Of a stretch of 64,000 bases of DNA, positions 46,121 through 56,713 are shown in pieces. Made by a program: the position numbers and the translations under genes. How positions within the stretch are numbered: position 1 is the first letter of the stretch; every line of letters starts with the position of its first letter. The stretch is taken from NCBI GenBank assembly GCA_017161655.1, contig JADFCV010000001.1, positions 517,786-581,785 on the forward strand, given 5' to 3'. The DNA is from Candidatus Sumerlaeota bacterium. GTDB lineage: Bacteria; Sumerlaeota; Sumerlaeia; Sumerlaeales; Sumerlaeaceae. A model generated the notes under the pieces. The model searched no databases and was not told the origin of the DNA. It saw only the letters and a list, made by a program, of their open reading frames with translations.

Positions 46121-46876
46121 ATGGCTCGTAAGCCAATCATTGCTGGAAACTGGAAAATGCACAAAACGCGCCAGCAGGCGGCAGATCTTGCAAATGCGCT
46201 GGCCGCGCAGGTGGGGACGTATGAAGCGGTCGAAGTTGTGCTGTGTCCTCCGTACACCGCACTGGAAACTGTCGGTGCAGCTATTCGTGGGACTCGGATT
46301 GCCCTTGGTGCCCAAAACTGCCATTGGGCAGACTCTGGCGCTTACACCGGAGAAATTGCCCCACCAATGCTGGTGGATGTCGGATGCAAGTATGTCATCA
46401 TCGGTCACTCAGAGCGTCGGCAATACTTTGCGGAAACGGATGAAACTATTAATAAAAAGGCTCAAGCTGCCTATCGGCATGGTCTTATACCGATCATCTG
46501 TGTAGGAGAAACGCTTGAAGAGCGGCAATCGGGGCGCACCGAGGACGTTATTACCACACAAATCAAAGGGTGCCTCAGCGGTTTGCCATCAGACAAGGTG
46601 GCTCAAAGCGTTATCGCTTATGAGCCTGTCTGGGCTATCGGAACAGGACAAACGGCCACAAAAGAACAGGCCCAGGAAGTGCACGCACTCATCCGCAAAC
46701 TGGTGGCTGAGATGTTCTCGCCCGAGGTTGCAGAGCAGATCCGCATCCAGTATGGCGGGAGTGTGAAACCCCAAAACATTCGCGAGCTTATGGCTCAGCC
46801 GGATATCGACGGAGCACTGGTGGGCGGGGCCAGTCTTGAGGCTGATTCCTTCGCGTCAATTGTTCGCTACGAATGA
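46121..46876 (+). CDS. tpiA: Triose-phosphate isomerase
   Basis: 251 aa with KPIIAGNWKMH, IIGHSERR and AYEPVWAIGTG. Confidence 0.96.
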   Translation: MARKPIIAGNWKMHKTRQQAADLANALAAQVGTYEAVEVVLCPPYTALETVGAAIRGTRIALGAQNCHWADSGAYTGEIAPPMLVDVGCKYVIIGHSERRQYFAETDETINKKAQAAYRHGLIPIICVGETLEERQSGRTEDVITTQIKGCLSGLPSDKVAQSVIAYEPVWAIGTGQTATKEQAQEVHALIRKLVAEMFSPEVAEQIRIQYGGSVKPQNIRELMAQPDIDGALVGGASLEADSFASIVRYE

Positions 46877-46931
46877 CGTCTTCTTCGCACTAAGAACAGT
46901 AAGACAATCAAAAAGGAGGCAATAGACGGGA

Positions 46932-48587
46932 ATGTCTCACCACATCTCCAGTTTGGAAGCGCATCGGCTTCAGTATAAACCCAAAATGCCTAAGACCTTA
47001 GCTTCGGGCAGAATCAAGATCGAGAAGGGATCATTTGTTGAGCCGAAGGCGAATGCCGCCGAAATTAAACAACTCTTCCCTGCAACCTATGGATATCCTC
47101 TGGTTCGTCTTGTGGAGGGCGAAAGTGATCTTTCCACTGCCCCGCTATGTGTAGGCGTTGTTTTAAGTGGCGGTCCCGCTGCAGGTGGCCACAATGCCAT
47201 CGCAGGTCTTTTCGATGCTCTTAAGGCGGCCAATCCTCAGAGCCGGCTGATCGGGTTTCTTGGTGGGCCGAAAGGGATTTTTACGAACAAGTGGATCGAA
47301 CTCACCGCAGAGAAAATTGACAGTTACCGCAATACCGGTGGGTTTGACATGATTGGCAGCGGCCGCGACAAGATCGAGACAAAAGAGCAGCTTGAAGGCT
47401 GTGAAAAGACCGCGAAGGAGCTGGGGCTCAATGCCTTAGTTGTGATTGGCGGCGATGACTCTAACACCAATGCTGCGGTCCTGGCTGAGTATTGTGCTAC
47501 CAAGAAATTCCCCCTCCAAGTTATTGGGCTGCCCAAGACCATCGACGGCGACATGCGCAACGAGTTTATCGATATGTCGTTTGGGTTCGATACGGCCGTA
47601 CGGACCTATGCTTATCTCGTCGGCAATATCTGTCGCGATGCTCGGTCTGGGCGCAAATACTATCATTTTATCAAACTCATGGGTCGCTCTGCCAGTCACG
47701 TCACCCTTGAGGTTGCGCTTCAGACGCAGCCCAACGTTGCCATTATCTCAGAAGAGGTAAAGGCTCGTAAGCATACACTTGATGACGTGGTCACGGCGAT
47801 TGCCCAGGTCGTTGTCCAACGTGCGGAAGAAGGCAAGAACTACGGGGTCATCCTTATCCCCGAAGGATTGTTGGAGTTCCTGGCTGATTTCAAAGTATTC
47901 CTCAAAGACCTCGGAGCGCTCTTGGGGCAAGAGGAGAAACAGATTGAAGCTCTGCCGAAAGAAGAGCGAGTCAAGTTTGTTGCAGCGAAACTCTCCGGTG
48001 CGTCCGGGGAACTCTATAAAAAGCTTCCCGCCTCTTTGCAAGAAGTTCTTCTCCAGCGCGACTCGCATGGCAACCTCACTGTCTCGCAACTAGAAACGGA
48101 GAAATTTCTCGCGGACCTCGTTGAAGCACGTCTGAATGAGTGGAAAGAACAAGGTCGGTACAAAGGGAAGTTCTCCGCGATTACCCATTTCTTCGGCTAC
48201 GAAGGCCGTTGTGGCTTCCCCACAAATTTTGACGCTGATTATACCTATTGCCTCGGATACGCGGCTGCTCAGCTCATTCGCGGTGGATTGAGCGGTTACA
48301 CGGTATCAGCCAAGAATCTGGCTCACCCTGTCGAAAAATGGGAGTTTGGTGGTGTGCCAGTAACCTCGATGCTGACGATGGAGCATCGCAAAGGTGAGCT
48401 GAAACCAGTGATCGCGAAAGCCCTGGTGGAGCTGGACAAAGCTCCCTTCCAGTATTTTGCTGCAAACCGCGAGCGGTGGGCGGTGGAAGACTGCTATCTT
48501 TCTCCAGGACCAATTCAATACTTTGGTCCTTCAGAGGTCTGTGATGCCCGGAATAAGACCATGTTGTTAGAAGCCGGACTCGAGTGA
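46932..48587 (+). CDS. pfp: Pyrophosphate--fructose-6-phosphate 1-phosphotransferase (long PPi-PFK)
   Basis: 551 aa. The PFK fold carries the PPi-type discriminators GGDD (VVIGGDDSNT) and PKTIDGD (Lys in place of Gly124). Confidence 0.85.
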   Translation: MSHHISSLEAHRLQYKPKMPKTLASGRIKIEKGSFVEPKANAAEIKQLFPATYGYPLVRLVEGESDLSTAPLCVGVVLSGGPAAGGHNAIAGLFDALKAANPQSRLIGFLGGPKGIFTNKWIELTAEKIDSYRNTGGFDMIGSGRDKIETKEQLEGCEKTAKELGLNALVVIGGDDSNTNAAVLAEYCATKKFPLQVIGLPKTIDGDMRNEFIDMSFGFDTAVRTYAYLVGNICRDARSGRKYYHFIKLMGRSASHVTLEVALQTQPNVAIISEEVKARKHTLDDVVTAIAQVVVQRAEEGKNYGVILIPEGLLEFLADFKVFLKDLGALLGQEEKQIEALPKEERVKFVAAKLSGASGELYKKLPASLQEVLLQRDSHGNLTVSQLETEKFLADLVEARLNEWKEQGRYKGKFSAITHFFGYEGRCGFPTNFDADYTYCLGYAAAQLIRGGLSGYTVSAKNLAHPVEKWEFGGVPVTSMLTMEHRKGELKPVIAKALVELDKAPFQYFAANRERWAVEDCYLSPGPIQYFGPSEVCDARNKTMLLEAGLE

Positions 48588-48603
48588 GTAGCGTTCAAAG
48601 ATC

Positions 48604-49935
48604 ATGAATGACCATCCTTCAGGCGAAGAGGTCAATCGCGTAGACTGCTTGGGCACTGCGGGCGTGCCTTCGCCACTTCGGCTTGCGCCGAAGTACCGCG
48701 AGGGCATGCCCTCCTTCGTTTCAGACAAGACGCGTATTCTCCTGAACATAGAGCTCCGATCAGACGAAGAGTTTGGCCGGGGTGAATCTTTTGAAAAGGC
48801 AGGGCCACGCGCGGAACTCTATTTTCAGCCCGCCCAGACAAAAGCTGCCATCGTCACGTGTGGAGGATTGTGTCCCGGTCTCAATAACGTCATTCGATCA
48901 GCCTTTCTCGAGCTTTACCACAACTACGGGGTTCAGCAAATTTGGGGTATTCGTTACGGATACGCAGGGCTCGATCCGCGTAACGGTTTTCCGCCTGTCC
49001 GACTCACTGAGGAGCTCGTGGATGCCATCCATAACGACGGAGGAACGTTGCTAGGTTCTTCGCGCGGACGGGTGGACCCTGCAATCATGGTGGATTTTCT
49101 AGCACAAGAAAAGTTTGACATTGTTCTCACAGTGGGTGGGGACGGGACGACCCGCGGAGCCTTGGCACTCGCGGAGGAAATTCAGAGACGTCAGCTCAAG
49201 ATTGCGGTCGTTGGGGTTCCCAAGACAATCGACAATGACATTCCTTATGTGGATCCCAGTTTTGGTTTTGCAACTGCAGTTGCACGGGCGCGCGACATCC
49301 TCGACAGCGCTCACGCAGAGGCAAAAGGGGCACCCTATGGTATTGGGCTTGTCAAACTTATGGGGCGCGAAGCTGGCTTCATTGCGGCATGTGCAACGCT
49401 TGCAAGTCAACAAGTTAACTTTTGCCTTGTTCCAGAGCAGCGACTCGTGCTTGAAGGCGATCGAGGCTTTCTTGAAGTCTTAAGGCGAAGGATGCTCGAT
49501 CGCAAACATGCAGTCATCGCGCTTGCCGAAGGGGCAGGCCAGGAACTCTTCGGTGAGACGCCCAAAGAGGTTGACGCATCAGGGAACGTCAAACTTCACG
49601 ATATCGGCGCGCTATTGCGAACGCGCATTGTCGAGTACATGGCGGAAAGAGGACCTAAGGTAAATCTAAAATACATCGAGCCTAGCTATTACATCCGCAG
49701 CGTGCCAGCCAATGCGACTGATGCTCTCTTGTGCGATAGTTTTGCTCGGCATGCTGTCCACGCTGCCATGGCGGGAAAAACCGCAGTCATCATCGGTTAC
49801 TGGAATAACAAATTTGTTCATGTTCCGATGCGGACCGTCGTTGGCCAAAAACGCCGCCTCCATCTCCACAGCGATTTATGGCGATCAGTCCTCGCAACAA
49901 CCGGACAACCAAGCACTTTTGGTCCGCTTGGATGA
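48604..49935 (+). CDS. pfkA: 6-phosphofructokinase, probably ATP-dependent (long 'plant/trypanosomatid-like' clade)
   Basis: 443 aa with KAGPRAELYFQPAQTKAAIVTCGGLCPGLNNVIRS, an ATP-type GGDG (TVGGDGTTRGA) and PKTIDND. It starts 16 nt after pfp. Confidence 0.8.
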   Translation: MNDHPSGEEVNRVDCLGTAGVPSPLRLAPKYREGMPSFVSDKTRILLNIELRSDEEFGRGESFEKAGPRAELYFQPAQTKAAIVTCGGLCPGLNNVIRSAFLELYHNYGVQQIWGIRYGYAGLDPRNGFPPVRLTEELVDAIHNDGGTLLGSSRGRVDPAIMVDFLAQEKFDIVLTVGGDGTTRGALALAEEIQRRQLKIAVVGVPKTIDNDIPYVDPSFGFATAVARARDILDSAHAEAKGAPYGIGLVKLMGREAGFIAACATLASQQVNFCLVPEQRLVLEGDRGFLEVLRRRMLDRKHAVIALAEGAGQELFGETPKEVDASGNVKLHDIGALLRTRIVEYMAERGPKVNLKYIEPSYYIRSVPANATDALLCDSFARHAVHAAMAGKTAVIIGYWNNKFVHVPMRTVVGQKRRLHLHSDLWRSVLATTGQPSTFGPLG

Positions 49936-49965
49936 GATGAACAAGGATCGAGACTCGAAGCCTAG

Positions 49966-50547
49966 CTATTGTCCCTGAGAAGAACCAGTCTTAGGAACCG
50001 GCGGTTTTTGGATGATTGCCTTTGCGTCTTCGTCTGGTTTCGGGTACCAGTCGTCCTTGATCTTCCGGACGTTTGAAATCCCATGATACTCGAGCGGCTG
50101 CACATAATCTTTCCGCAGGGGATGTCCTTCCCAATCCTCAGGACAAAGGATTCTGCGCAAATCTGGGTGATGTTCGAAAATCACTCCTAAAAGGTCGTAC
50201 TGTTCGCGCTCATGCCAATTTGCAGCAGGCCACAAGTCGGTTACCGTAGGAACGCGGGGATTGTCATGACATGTCCGCACTTTGATTGCGATCTTGTGGC
50301 TGTGGGCCATGCTCCACAAATGATAAACGATATCAAAGTGCGTGACCCAATCCACGCCTGTCACAAGTTGCAAAAAGTCGAACTGCAGAAGCGGGTGCGA
50401 ATACAAAAGCTCCATGGTTCGACGAAACTGTGGCAGGCCAACACGCAACCACGGAGAGTAGCTAGCGTAGTCAGCTTCCTCGATGCTCTCGTCACCGAGT
50501 TCCGCTCGAATGATTTCAGCGATATTTTCGGCTGTTAGCGAGGTCAT
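49966..50547 (-). CDS. nuoC: NADH-quinone oxidoreductase subunit C
   Basis: 193 aa with FDIVYHLWS and WPAANWHEREQYDLLGVIFEHHPDLRRIL. Confidence 0.9.
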   Translation of the reverse strand: MTSLTAENIAEIIRAELGDESIEEADYASYSPWLRVGLPQFRRTMELLYSHPLLQFDFLQLVTGVDWVTHFDIVYHLWSMAHSHKIAIKVRTCHDNPRVPTVTDLWPAANWHEREQYDLLGVIFEHHPDLRRILCPEDWEGHPLRKDYVQPLEYHGISNVRKIKDDWYPKPDEDAKAIIQKPPVPKTGSSQGQ

Positions 50548-50552
50548 AGTTG

Positions 50553-51212
50553 TCAGTTGGTCTTACCTTGTGCAAATCGAGGATCAACGGGTGACCGTCC
50601 CATTTCGTCAGGGTACAGCCCGAGACGAGCAGCCACAATGCGTTCACTGCGCACCTTTTCCTGAAGCCGCATGAGAGCTTCGAGCAGGGTTTCGGGACGG
50701 GGAGGACAGCCAGGAACGTAAACGTCTACCGGCACAATCTTATCCACACCTTTAACCACATGATAACCATGGAGGGAATACGGTCCTCCTCCGAGAACGC
50801 AAGCACCCATTGCAATCACGTATTTCGGTTCCGGCATTTGTTCGAAAAGCCGTTTGACGCGCGGCGCCATTTTGTAGGTTACCGTTCCAGCAACGATCAT
50901 TACGTCCGCCTGGCGAGGCGTGGCACGAAACGCCCCGGCCCCAAAACGGTCGATATCGTATTTCGCCGCGCTTGCTGCCATCATTTCAATCGCGCAGCAT
51001 GCGAGTCCAAAAGTCATAGGCCAGAGGGACCCTAATCGCGCCCAGTTGATGATAGCATCGAGGGGAGCTACGTAAAGAGCTCGGTCCAACCCTTCGGACC
51101 GAATGAGCTCATTGAGTTCGCGGCGCAAGCGCTCCCTTTCTCGATCAGGGAAACTGCTGTCGAACTCGTGCTGAAGCCGGGTGTCAAGAAGTCTGCCCAT
51201 GTTATGCAACAC
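50553..51212 (-). CDS. nuoB: NADH-quinone oxidoreductase subunit B
   Basis: 219 aa with the N2 cluster ligands in [26 protein letters not shown] and VPGCPPRPE. Confidence 0.93.
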   Translation of the reverse strand: MLHNMGRLLDTRLQHEFDSSFPDRERERLRRELNELIRSEGLDRALYVAPLDAIINWARLGSLWPMTFGLACCAIEMMAASAAKYDIDRFGAGAFRATPRQADVMIVAGTVTYKMAPRVKRLFEQMPEPKYVIAMGACVLGGGPYSLHGYHVVKGVDKIVPVDVYVPGCPPRPETLLEALMRLQEKVRSERIVAARLGLYPDEMGRSPVDPRFAQGKTN

Positions 51213-51696
51213 TCACCTGTTGTGCTGTAGAATTGCTGCCCTTTGCCGCATCGAGTTCTTGAGGAACCACAACACGAGATTTCTCTGTGGCGTCCACCAC
51301 CCCGCTGCGCAGCCAGTCAAGGTTTCCAAATCGCCATGCATAGACGAGTGCTACCAAGAGGACCAAAACAAAACCTAAAAGTTCGGCAAACGCAATCCAG
51401 CCGGCCGAATTCTCTGCAAACCACCTCAAGACGCGCGCAATGGGGAAAAGAAAAACAGTTTCAACATCAAACACAAGAAACACGAGAGCCACTGTGTAGA
51501 AACGGATGTTGTAACGAATCCACACGCTTCCAATTGTTGGCTCGCCGCATTCGTAGATTTTTATTTTCTCTGGGGATACCCGACGGGGACGCAGAAGAGC
51601 CCCGATGGCGAGGGTTATGTAAACGAACGCCAGCGTGGCCACAAAGAAGATTGCCACAGCCAGCCAACTAAACGTTGAGTTCTGAAATGTTGCCAT
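51202..51696 (-). CDS. nuoA: NADH-quinone oxidoreductase subunit A (with a ~35-aa hydrophilic C-terminal tail)
   Basis: 164 aa with [38 protein letters not shown]. It overlaps the nuoB start by 11 nt. Confidence 0.9.
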   Translation of the reverse strand: MATFQNSTFSWLAVAIFFVATLAFVYITLAIGALLRPRRVSPEKIKIYECGEPTIGSVWIRYNIRFYTVALVFLVFDVETVFLFPIARVLRWFAENSAGWIAFAELLGFVLVLLVALVYAWRFGNLDWLRSGVVDATEKSRVVVPQELDAAKGSNSTAQQVSVA

Positions 51697-51927
51697 AGCG
51701 CCAGCAGTCCTTTAGCTTTGTACAAAGTGGACCCGGAAGTCTTGTTTGTTTCAGCTCATTTTTTCGGGACAATGTTTTTCTTCCGCCGCTTCGGCAGCCT
51801 CCTGTAATCGTGGAGCATCGCCCCGCGAGAAAAAAGCGGATCCTGGTCCTTTTTTTCTGTTGCAATCAGGGGACAATTTTTTGTTCGCTATCGTTGAGGT
51901 TAGAAAACTGCCGAAGGAGGCTGTAAG

Positions 51928-52083
51928 ATGAAAGCAATTTCTCTCGCGTTGGTCGCTGCATTCGCAGCGGTGATCCTCTCTGGCTGCTGCAGCTATAAGG
52001 CAAAGTGCTATCCGTACCCGATGTACGACCTTTCGCCTGGAAAAGTCTGCGGCGCTGGCCCCTGCGCTGTGAAGTGCAAGTAA
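51928..52083 (+). CDS. Small cysteine-rich lipoprotein (51 aa, absent from the supplied ORF track)
   Basis: My translation from ATG 51928 gives MKAISLALVAAFAAVILSGCCSYKAKCYPYPMYDLSPGKVCGAGPCAVKCK, ending at TAA 52081-52083. GGAGG sits 7 nt upstream. The lipobox is L-S-G-C. The mature part has 6 Cys in 32 residues. A strong terminator lies 30 nt downstream. Confidence 0.65.
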   Translation: MKAISLALVAAFAAVILSGCCSYKAKCYPYPMYDLSPGKVCGAGPCAVKCK

Positions 52084-52112
52084 GCCAAGAGAAAAACTTT
52101 AAAACGAGAGAG

Positions 52113-52151
52113 CCTGGCTCCGGTTTTTGGCCGGAGCCAGGTTTTCTTTTT
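52113..52151 (+). terminator. Rho-independent terminator after the small lipoprotein gene
   Basis: A perfect 11-bp stem, CCTGGCTCCGG (52113-52123) pairing with CCGGAGCCAGG (52131-52141), has the loop TTTTTGG and is followed by TTTTCTTTTT. Confidence 0.85.
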
Positions 52152-52338
52152 GACAAGCGGGTTCAAGCATCTGAGCAACAAATCTTGGCATGAGCCAAGG
52201 AGTAAAGCAGTTAACGAAAAACGCTTGTTCCGCACATCCTTGCCCGTCATCTATCTCTGCTGGCCGTGCCCACGCCTACGAAATCATCATCAACACCCGT
52301 GGTTCACAGGAGATGAAAAAGGAGACTCAGTCGCTCTC

Positions 52339-53307
52339 ATGATGACAGCCGCCCTTGCAGAAAAACCTTCCAAATTCGCCCATAAGCATTTGCTCGGCTT
52401 GGAGCATCTCACTGCTGAGGAGATCGAACTAATCCTGGACAACGCCGCAGCGATGAAGGAGATCTTCACACGCACCGTAAAAAAGGTCCCAACGCTTCGC
52501 GGCAAAACTGTTTGTAATCTGTTTTTCGAGAACTCGACCCGTACGCGCACAAGCTTTGAAATCGCTGCAAAACGCCTGTCTGCAGATGTTGTCAACTTCA
52601 ATGTAGCCACAAGCAGCGTCGCAAAAGGGGAATCACTGTTAGACACGGCACGAACAATTCAGGCAATGGGCGTTGATTTTGTCGTCATGCGCCACTCTTG
52701 TCCGGGCACTCCTCATCTGCTTTCGAAGCGGCTCAACATGAGTGTCATCAATGCAGGTGACGGAGCTCACGAGCATCCCACCCAGGGGTTGCTGGACGTG
52801 TTCACCATGCGAGAAAAAAAAGGAAGAATTACGGGATTAAAGGTCGCTATTGTCGGCGATATTTCCCACTCACGGGTAGCTCGTTCGAACATCTGGGCGC
52901 TTACGAAGCTTGGTGCTCAAGTGAGATTAGTCGGACCAGCCACGCTTGTGCCCCGCGAATTCGAGAAATTAGGGTGCGAAATTCATTACGATTTGCGCAA
53001 GGGCATCGAAGACGCTGATGTTGTTAATTTGCTACGCATCCAACTTGAACGACAGCGAAAAAACCTTTTCCCCTCGATTCGCGAATACCGGCTTCTTTAC
53101 GGTTTGACCCGTGAACGCTTATCATGGGCAAAGCCTGATGTACTGATTATGCATCCCGGCCCAGTGAACCGTGGAGTCGAGATATCGCAAGACGTTGCTG
53201 ACGGAGACCACTCTGTTATCAATGAGCAAGTTACGAACGGAATTGCCGTCCGCATGGCAGTTCTCTACCTCTTGAGTGGTGAGTCAGCGACTGAAGCCAA
53301 TGCTTAG
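52339..53307 (+). CDS. pyrB: Aspartate carbamoyltransferase catalytic subunit
   Basis: The track ORF starts at 52150. The conserved part starts at ATG 52339 ([29 protein letters not shown]). Motifs [11 protein letters not shown] and [10 protein letters not shown] are present. Confidence 0.92.
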   Translation: MMTAALAEKPSKFAHKHLLGLEHLTAEEIELILDNAAAMKEIFTRTVKKVPTLRGKTVCNLFFENSTRTRTSFEIAAKRLSADVVNFNVATSSVAKGESLLDTARTIQAMGVDFVVMRHSCPGTPHLLSKRLNMSVINAGDGAHEHPTQGLLDVFTMREKKGRITGLKVAIVGDISHSRVARSNIWALTKLGAQVRLVGPATLVPREFEKLGCEIHYDLRKGIEDADVVNLLRIQLERQRKNLFPSIREYRLLYGLTRERLSWAKPDVLIMHPGPVNRGVEISQDVADGDHSVINEQVTNGIAVRMAVLYLLSGESATEANA

Positions 53308-53335
53308 TGCCTGTCGGTCGTGCGCTGCGGCCGGC

Positions 53336-53824
53336 TTAAGATAGTCGCTCAAAACTGCTGGCCATAACAAGAGCCGCCACGGCTGCTTCGTAGCCCTTGT
53401 TGTTGCTCTCTTCGCAACGAGCCAGTGCCTGCGCAACTGTGGCTACAGTCAGAATTGCGTTTCCGATCGCTACCCTCGCTTCATTAGCCAACTGACTCAC
53501 GCCGCGCATGGCTTCGGTTGCGACGAATTGGTAATGATCGGTTTCTCCACGTATCACTGCGCCGCAGCAAACGATACCGTGATATTTGGGATTCCCGTTT
53601 GAGTTCTGTTGTGCCACGCGTCGTGCGAGAGCCGGGATTTCAAGTGCTCCTGGACACCAATACACATCAATGTCGTTCAGAGCAACACCATAATCTTTAA
53701 AAGCCTGTTTGGCACCAGCGACGAGTTTCTCCACAACCTCTCTATTGAATCGACTTGCCACAATGGCAAACCGCTTTCCTGTGCCGGTTAGTCCAGGCCA
53801 CTCGCCTTCTGCTTTTCCGACCAT
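53336..53824 (-). CDS. ribH: 6,7-dimethyl-8-ribityllumazine synthase
   Basis: 162 aa with RFAIVASRFNREVVEKLVAGA, VYWCPGALEIP and VIRGETDHYQFV. Confidence 0.92.
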   Translation of the reverse strand: MVGKAEGEWPGLTGTGKRFAIVASRFNREVVEKLVAGAKQAFKDYGVALNDIDVYWCPGALEIPALARRVAQQNSNGNPKYHGIVCCGAVIRGETDHYQFVATEAMRGVSQLANEARVAIGNAILTVATVAQALARCEESNNKGYEAAVAALVMASSFERLS

Positions 53825-53928
53825 GGTGCCTATCTCCTTTGAATTCCGTCTGCCGCGTGAGTGTTAGCTAGGGAATAGGTACAGAGCCACTTTACTTCTG
53901 CGATCAAGAGAATTGCGAGAACCTTTAA

Positions 53929-54591
53929 GTGACGAGAATTGCTGTGAAAATATGCGGCATGCGGCGCGAGGAAGATGTTCTCGCCGCATGCGAGGCGGGG
54001 GCTGACTACATAGGTTTTGTTCTCTACCGCGAAAGTAAGCGCTGGATCGAACCAGAACGCGTTCGGACCTTTGTGCAGACAATACGTCAACAGCGGCTCA
54101 CTGCGATTCCGGTCGCAGTCACGGTCAATGCTTCTTACGAAGAGATCATTGCTCTCCACCGGGAAACCGAGATTGAATGGATCCAGCTACACGGCACTGA
54201 ACCGCCAGCATTAGTGGAAAGGCTCCAGAAGTCTGGTTTTCGTGTCATCAAAGCGGTGCGGATTGGTCCCAACAAAATCCTTCCTCATTGGCGCGACTAC
54301 GCTCCGGATTATTTTCTTTGCGACACTCTCGATCCAATGCAGCTTGGTGGCACGGGGCGCGGCTGGAAGGTCGAATGGCTACCCTCGGATTTCCCATTGG
54401 AAAAGACCTTTCTTGCCGGAGGACTAAACGCGGCAAATGTTGCTTCTATTTTGGCGACCAGACGGCCTTTTGGCGTTGACACTTCGAGCGGCGTTGAAAT
54501 TGCACCCGGAGTCAAGGATCCGGCACAAATAAAGCTTTTTGTAGATACCGTACGACGAGCATCATCACTTGCAGAGAGGCACACGCGATGA
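53929..54591 (+). CDS. trpF: Phosphoribosylanthranilate isomerase
   Basis: 220 aa with a GTG start and [31 protein letters not shown] and GGLNAANV. The stop overlaps the trpB start by 4 nt. Confidence 0.9.
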   Translation: MTRIAVKICGMRREEDVLAACEAGADYIGFVLYRESKRWIEPERVRTFVQTIRQQRLTAIPVAVTVNASYEEIIALHRETEIEWIQLHGTEPPALVERLQKSGFRVIKAVRIGPNKILPHWRDYAPDYFLCDTLDPMQLGGTGRGWKVEWLPSDFPLEKTFLAGGLNAANVASILATRRPFGVDTSSGVEIAPGVKDPAQIKLFVDTVRRASSLAERHTR

Positions 54592-55808
54592 CTTCAGGCC
54601 ACAACGCGATGATCGAAATCGGGCCCGACGAAAAAGGGTATTTCGGCGAGTTCGGCGGACGCTTTGTCCCTGAAACACTTATGCCAGCTCTCATTGAGTT
54701 GGAAAAGCAGTACCGCCAGATCAAACAGGACTCCACATTCCAGCAGGAACTCGCCTATTTGCTGCGTGAATACGTAGGTCGTCCAACGCCCCTTTACTAT
54801 GCAAAAAACCTTTCCGCCAGGCTTGGCAAAGGTGTTCGGGTTTATCTGAAGAGGGAAGACCTTTGTCACACGGGAGCTCATAAGATCAACAACACGCTAG
54901 GGCAGGCGCTTTTAGCAAAACGTCTCGGCAAACATCGGATCATTGCGGAAACGGGGGCAGGCCAACATGGTGTCGCTACTGCGACAGCGTGTGCCCTTTT
55001 GGGGCTGGAATGCTGCGTGTACATGGGCAGCGAAGACATTGAGCGGCAGAAGCTCAATGTCTTTCGGATGGAACTGCTTGGAGCAAAAGTCATCGAGGTA
55101 ACCAGTGGGACCCGCACACTTAAGGACGCCACAAGTGAGGCGCTACGAGACTGGATGGCCAACTGCGACACTACTCATTACATCATCGGGAGTGTTGTGG
55201 GGCCACATCCTTTCCCGATGATTGTACGGGACTTTCAAAGTGTGATTGGCCAGGAAGCTCGAGAACAGATCGTTCAAAAAGAAGGGAAGCTCCCACAGGC
55301 GGTTGTGGCGTGCGTGGGAGGCGGCTCAAATGCGATGGGCATATTTTTCCCATTCCTCGCTGACGAAGATGTCCAGCTAATCGGCGTAGAAGCTGCCGGG
55401 CACGGCCTTGCAACGGGTAAACACGCTGCAAGTCTGACTGGTGGCGAGGTCGGCGTCTTTCACGGAGCCAAAAGTTACGTTTTACAGACGCCAGACGGCC
55501 AGATCACTCCGGCCCACTCAATTTCCGCAGGGCTTGATTATCCTGGAACTGGCCCCGAACACAGTTACCTAGCCGCAACGGGCCGCGCAAAGTATGACGC
55601 GGTCACTGACGAGGAAGCGCTTGCTGCTGTGCAGCTGCTCTGCCAAAGCGAGGGAATCATCCCGGCTTTGGAGAGTGCCCATGCTATCGCGTATTTGCCG
55701 AAACTACTCTCGAGACTTGCCGAAGGAAGCATCGTGATTGTAAATCTTTCTGGCCGGGGTGACAAAGACGTATACACCATTGCGCGAAGTCTGGGGAAAA
55801 GCCTTTAG
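54588..55808 (+). CDS. trpB: Tryptophan synthase beta chain
   Basis: 406 aa with [16 protein letters not shown], the PLP lysine in HTGAHKINN, and GGGSNAMG. No trpA follows it. Confidence 0.95.
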   Translation: MTSGHNAMIEIGPDEKGYFGEFGGRFVPETLMPALIELEKQYRQIKQDSTFQQELAYLLREYVGRPTPLYYAKNLSARLGKGVRVYLKREDLCHTGAHKINNTLGQALLAKRLGKHRIIAETGAGQHGVATATACALLGLECCVYMGSEDIERQKLNVFRMELLGAKVIEVTSGTRTLKDATSEALRDWMANCDTTHYIIGSVVGPHPFPMIVRDFQSVIGQEAREQIVQKEGKLPQAVVACVGGGSNAMGIFFPFLADEDVQLIGVEAAGHGLATGKHAASLTGGEVGVFHGAKSYVLQTPDGQITPAHSISAGLDYPGTGPEHSYLAATGRAKYDAVTDEEALAAVQLLCQSEGIIPALESAHAIAYLPKLLSRLAEGSIVIVNLSGRGDKDVYTIARSLGKSL

Positions 55809-55875
55809 TTATCTCCTTCTTCGTGTGCGCAATAAGCAAGCATGAAACGATGCGGAGCGTTGCGGCTGCATCCGC

Positions 55876-55910
55876 AAAAAGAAGGATGCGCAGAACTGTT
55901 CGCTGCGCAT
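55876..55910 (-). terminator. Rho-independent terminator after the amidase gene
   Basis: Read on the minus strand: ATGCGCAG, a 9-nt loop, CTGCGCAT (8-bp perfect stem, 55886-55893 pairing with 55903-55910), then CCTTCTTTTT. Confidence 0.55.
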
Positions 55911-55925
55911 TTGCCCTAAGCAACC

Positions 55926-56669
55926 TTACTTAGCCTGACCAGTCGAATAAGCCGCTCTGATCCGCTTTCGGACCTCCGCCTCAACGTAGCCACTCAAAAC
56001 GTAGGGGGCGAAGTATTTACCCGGACAAGCAGTCAGGACGAATTCCCGATGACAAGCAATGGTTGACGGATCTATGTTATAATAATCGCATAACCATGCC
56101 AAGAAATCGCACAGCGATTCGAGCTGACGTAGGGTCGGAGTCTGGAGCTCATAGTTTCCCATCAGAGTAACGAGCAAATGCCCGGTGGGATCATATTGCG
56201 TGTTCGTATCGCCGACCGCCCAAAGATCGCGCGCCTCGTAGATATTTCCTTCAAGGTCGATAAGGAAATGGTAAGGAATATCCGGCCAACCTTTGGCACG
56301 AAAACCCCAACTTTGCAGATTTCGCAGAAGTTGCTTCGGATCCTCTGAAGGGGTGAGGGGTTTGGGGGAACCTTCGTGGTGGAGTGTGATGCGGAGGGGA
56401 CGGTGATGTCTGAGCGGGCCACTCGATTCCTGTCCTCCCCACATGGCTTTTGTCACTGTGAACGGTCTTTTCACGCGAGCGGCACTATTTGTCGTACCGG
56501 CTGTCTCTGGCGGAAAAATCCGCCCTAAGGGTTCGTCTCTCGACACCATCGGACGCACGCGTTGGGTCACCTGGTGCGACTCAGCGCCGTTCATCAAACT
56601 GGGAAAAACAGAAAGCATGACGACGCAAAATCCTAGGGCAAGCAAGCACTTGCGAGTCAGCAATTCCAT
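55926..56669 (-). CDS. Secreted N-acetylmuramoyl-L-alanine amidase (Amidase_2 / PGRP fold)
   Basis: The track ORF reaches 56924. The likely start is ATG 56669, with GGAG 8 nt upstream and the signal peptide MELLTRKCLLALGFCVVMLSVFPSLMNGA. Amidase_2 landmarks are ITLHHEG, GWPDIPYHFLID and TACPG. Confidence 0.8.
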   Translation of the reverse strand: MELLTRKCLLALGFCVVMLSVFPSLMNGAESHQVTQRVRPMVSRDEPLGRIFPPETAGTTNSAARVKRPFTVTKAMWGGQESSGPLRHHRPLRITLHHEGSPKPLTPSEDPKQLLRNLQSWGFRAKGWPDIPYHFLIDLEGNIYEARDLWAVGDTNTQYDPTGHLLVTLMGNYELQTPTLRQLESLCDFLAWLCDYYNIDPSTIACHREFVLTACPGKYFAPYVLSGYVEAEVRKRIRAAYSTGQAK

Positions 56670-56713
56670 TACCACATCTCCGTTTCGTATTGCCAAGGGG
56701 TACAGGACGTATT

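Noticed and set aside
52150-52338. A 63-aa N-terminal extension of pyrB. It also contains a TTGACA hexamer at 52150 that could be a -35 box, and the region could hold a PyrR-type attenuator.
   Set aside because: The extension has no similarity to PyrB, and it begins inside the T-run of the upstream terminator. I found no acceptable -10 hexamer at 16-18 nt spacing and no PyrR binding-loop consensus.
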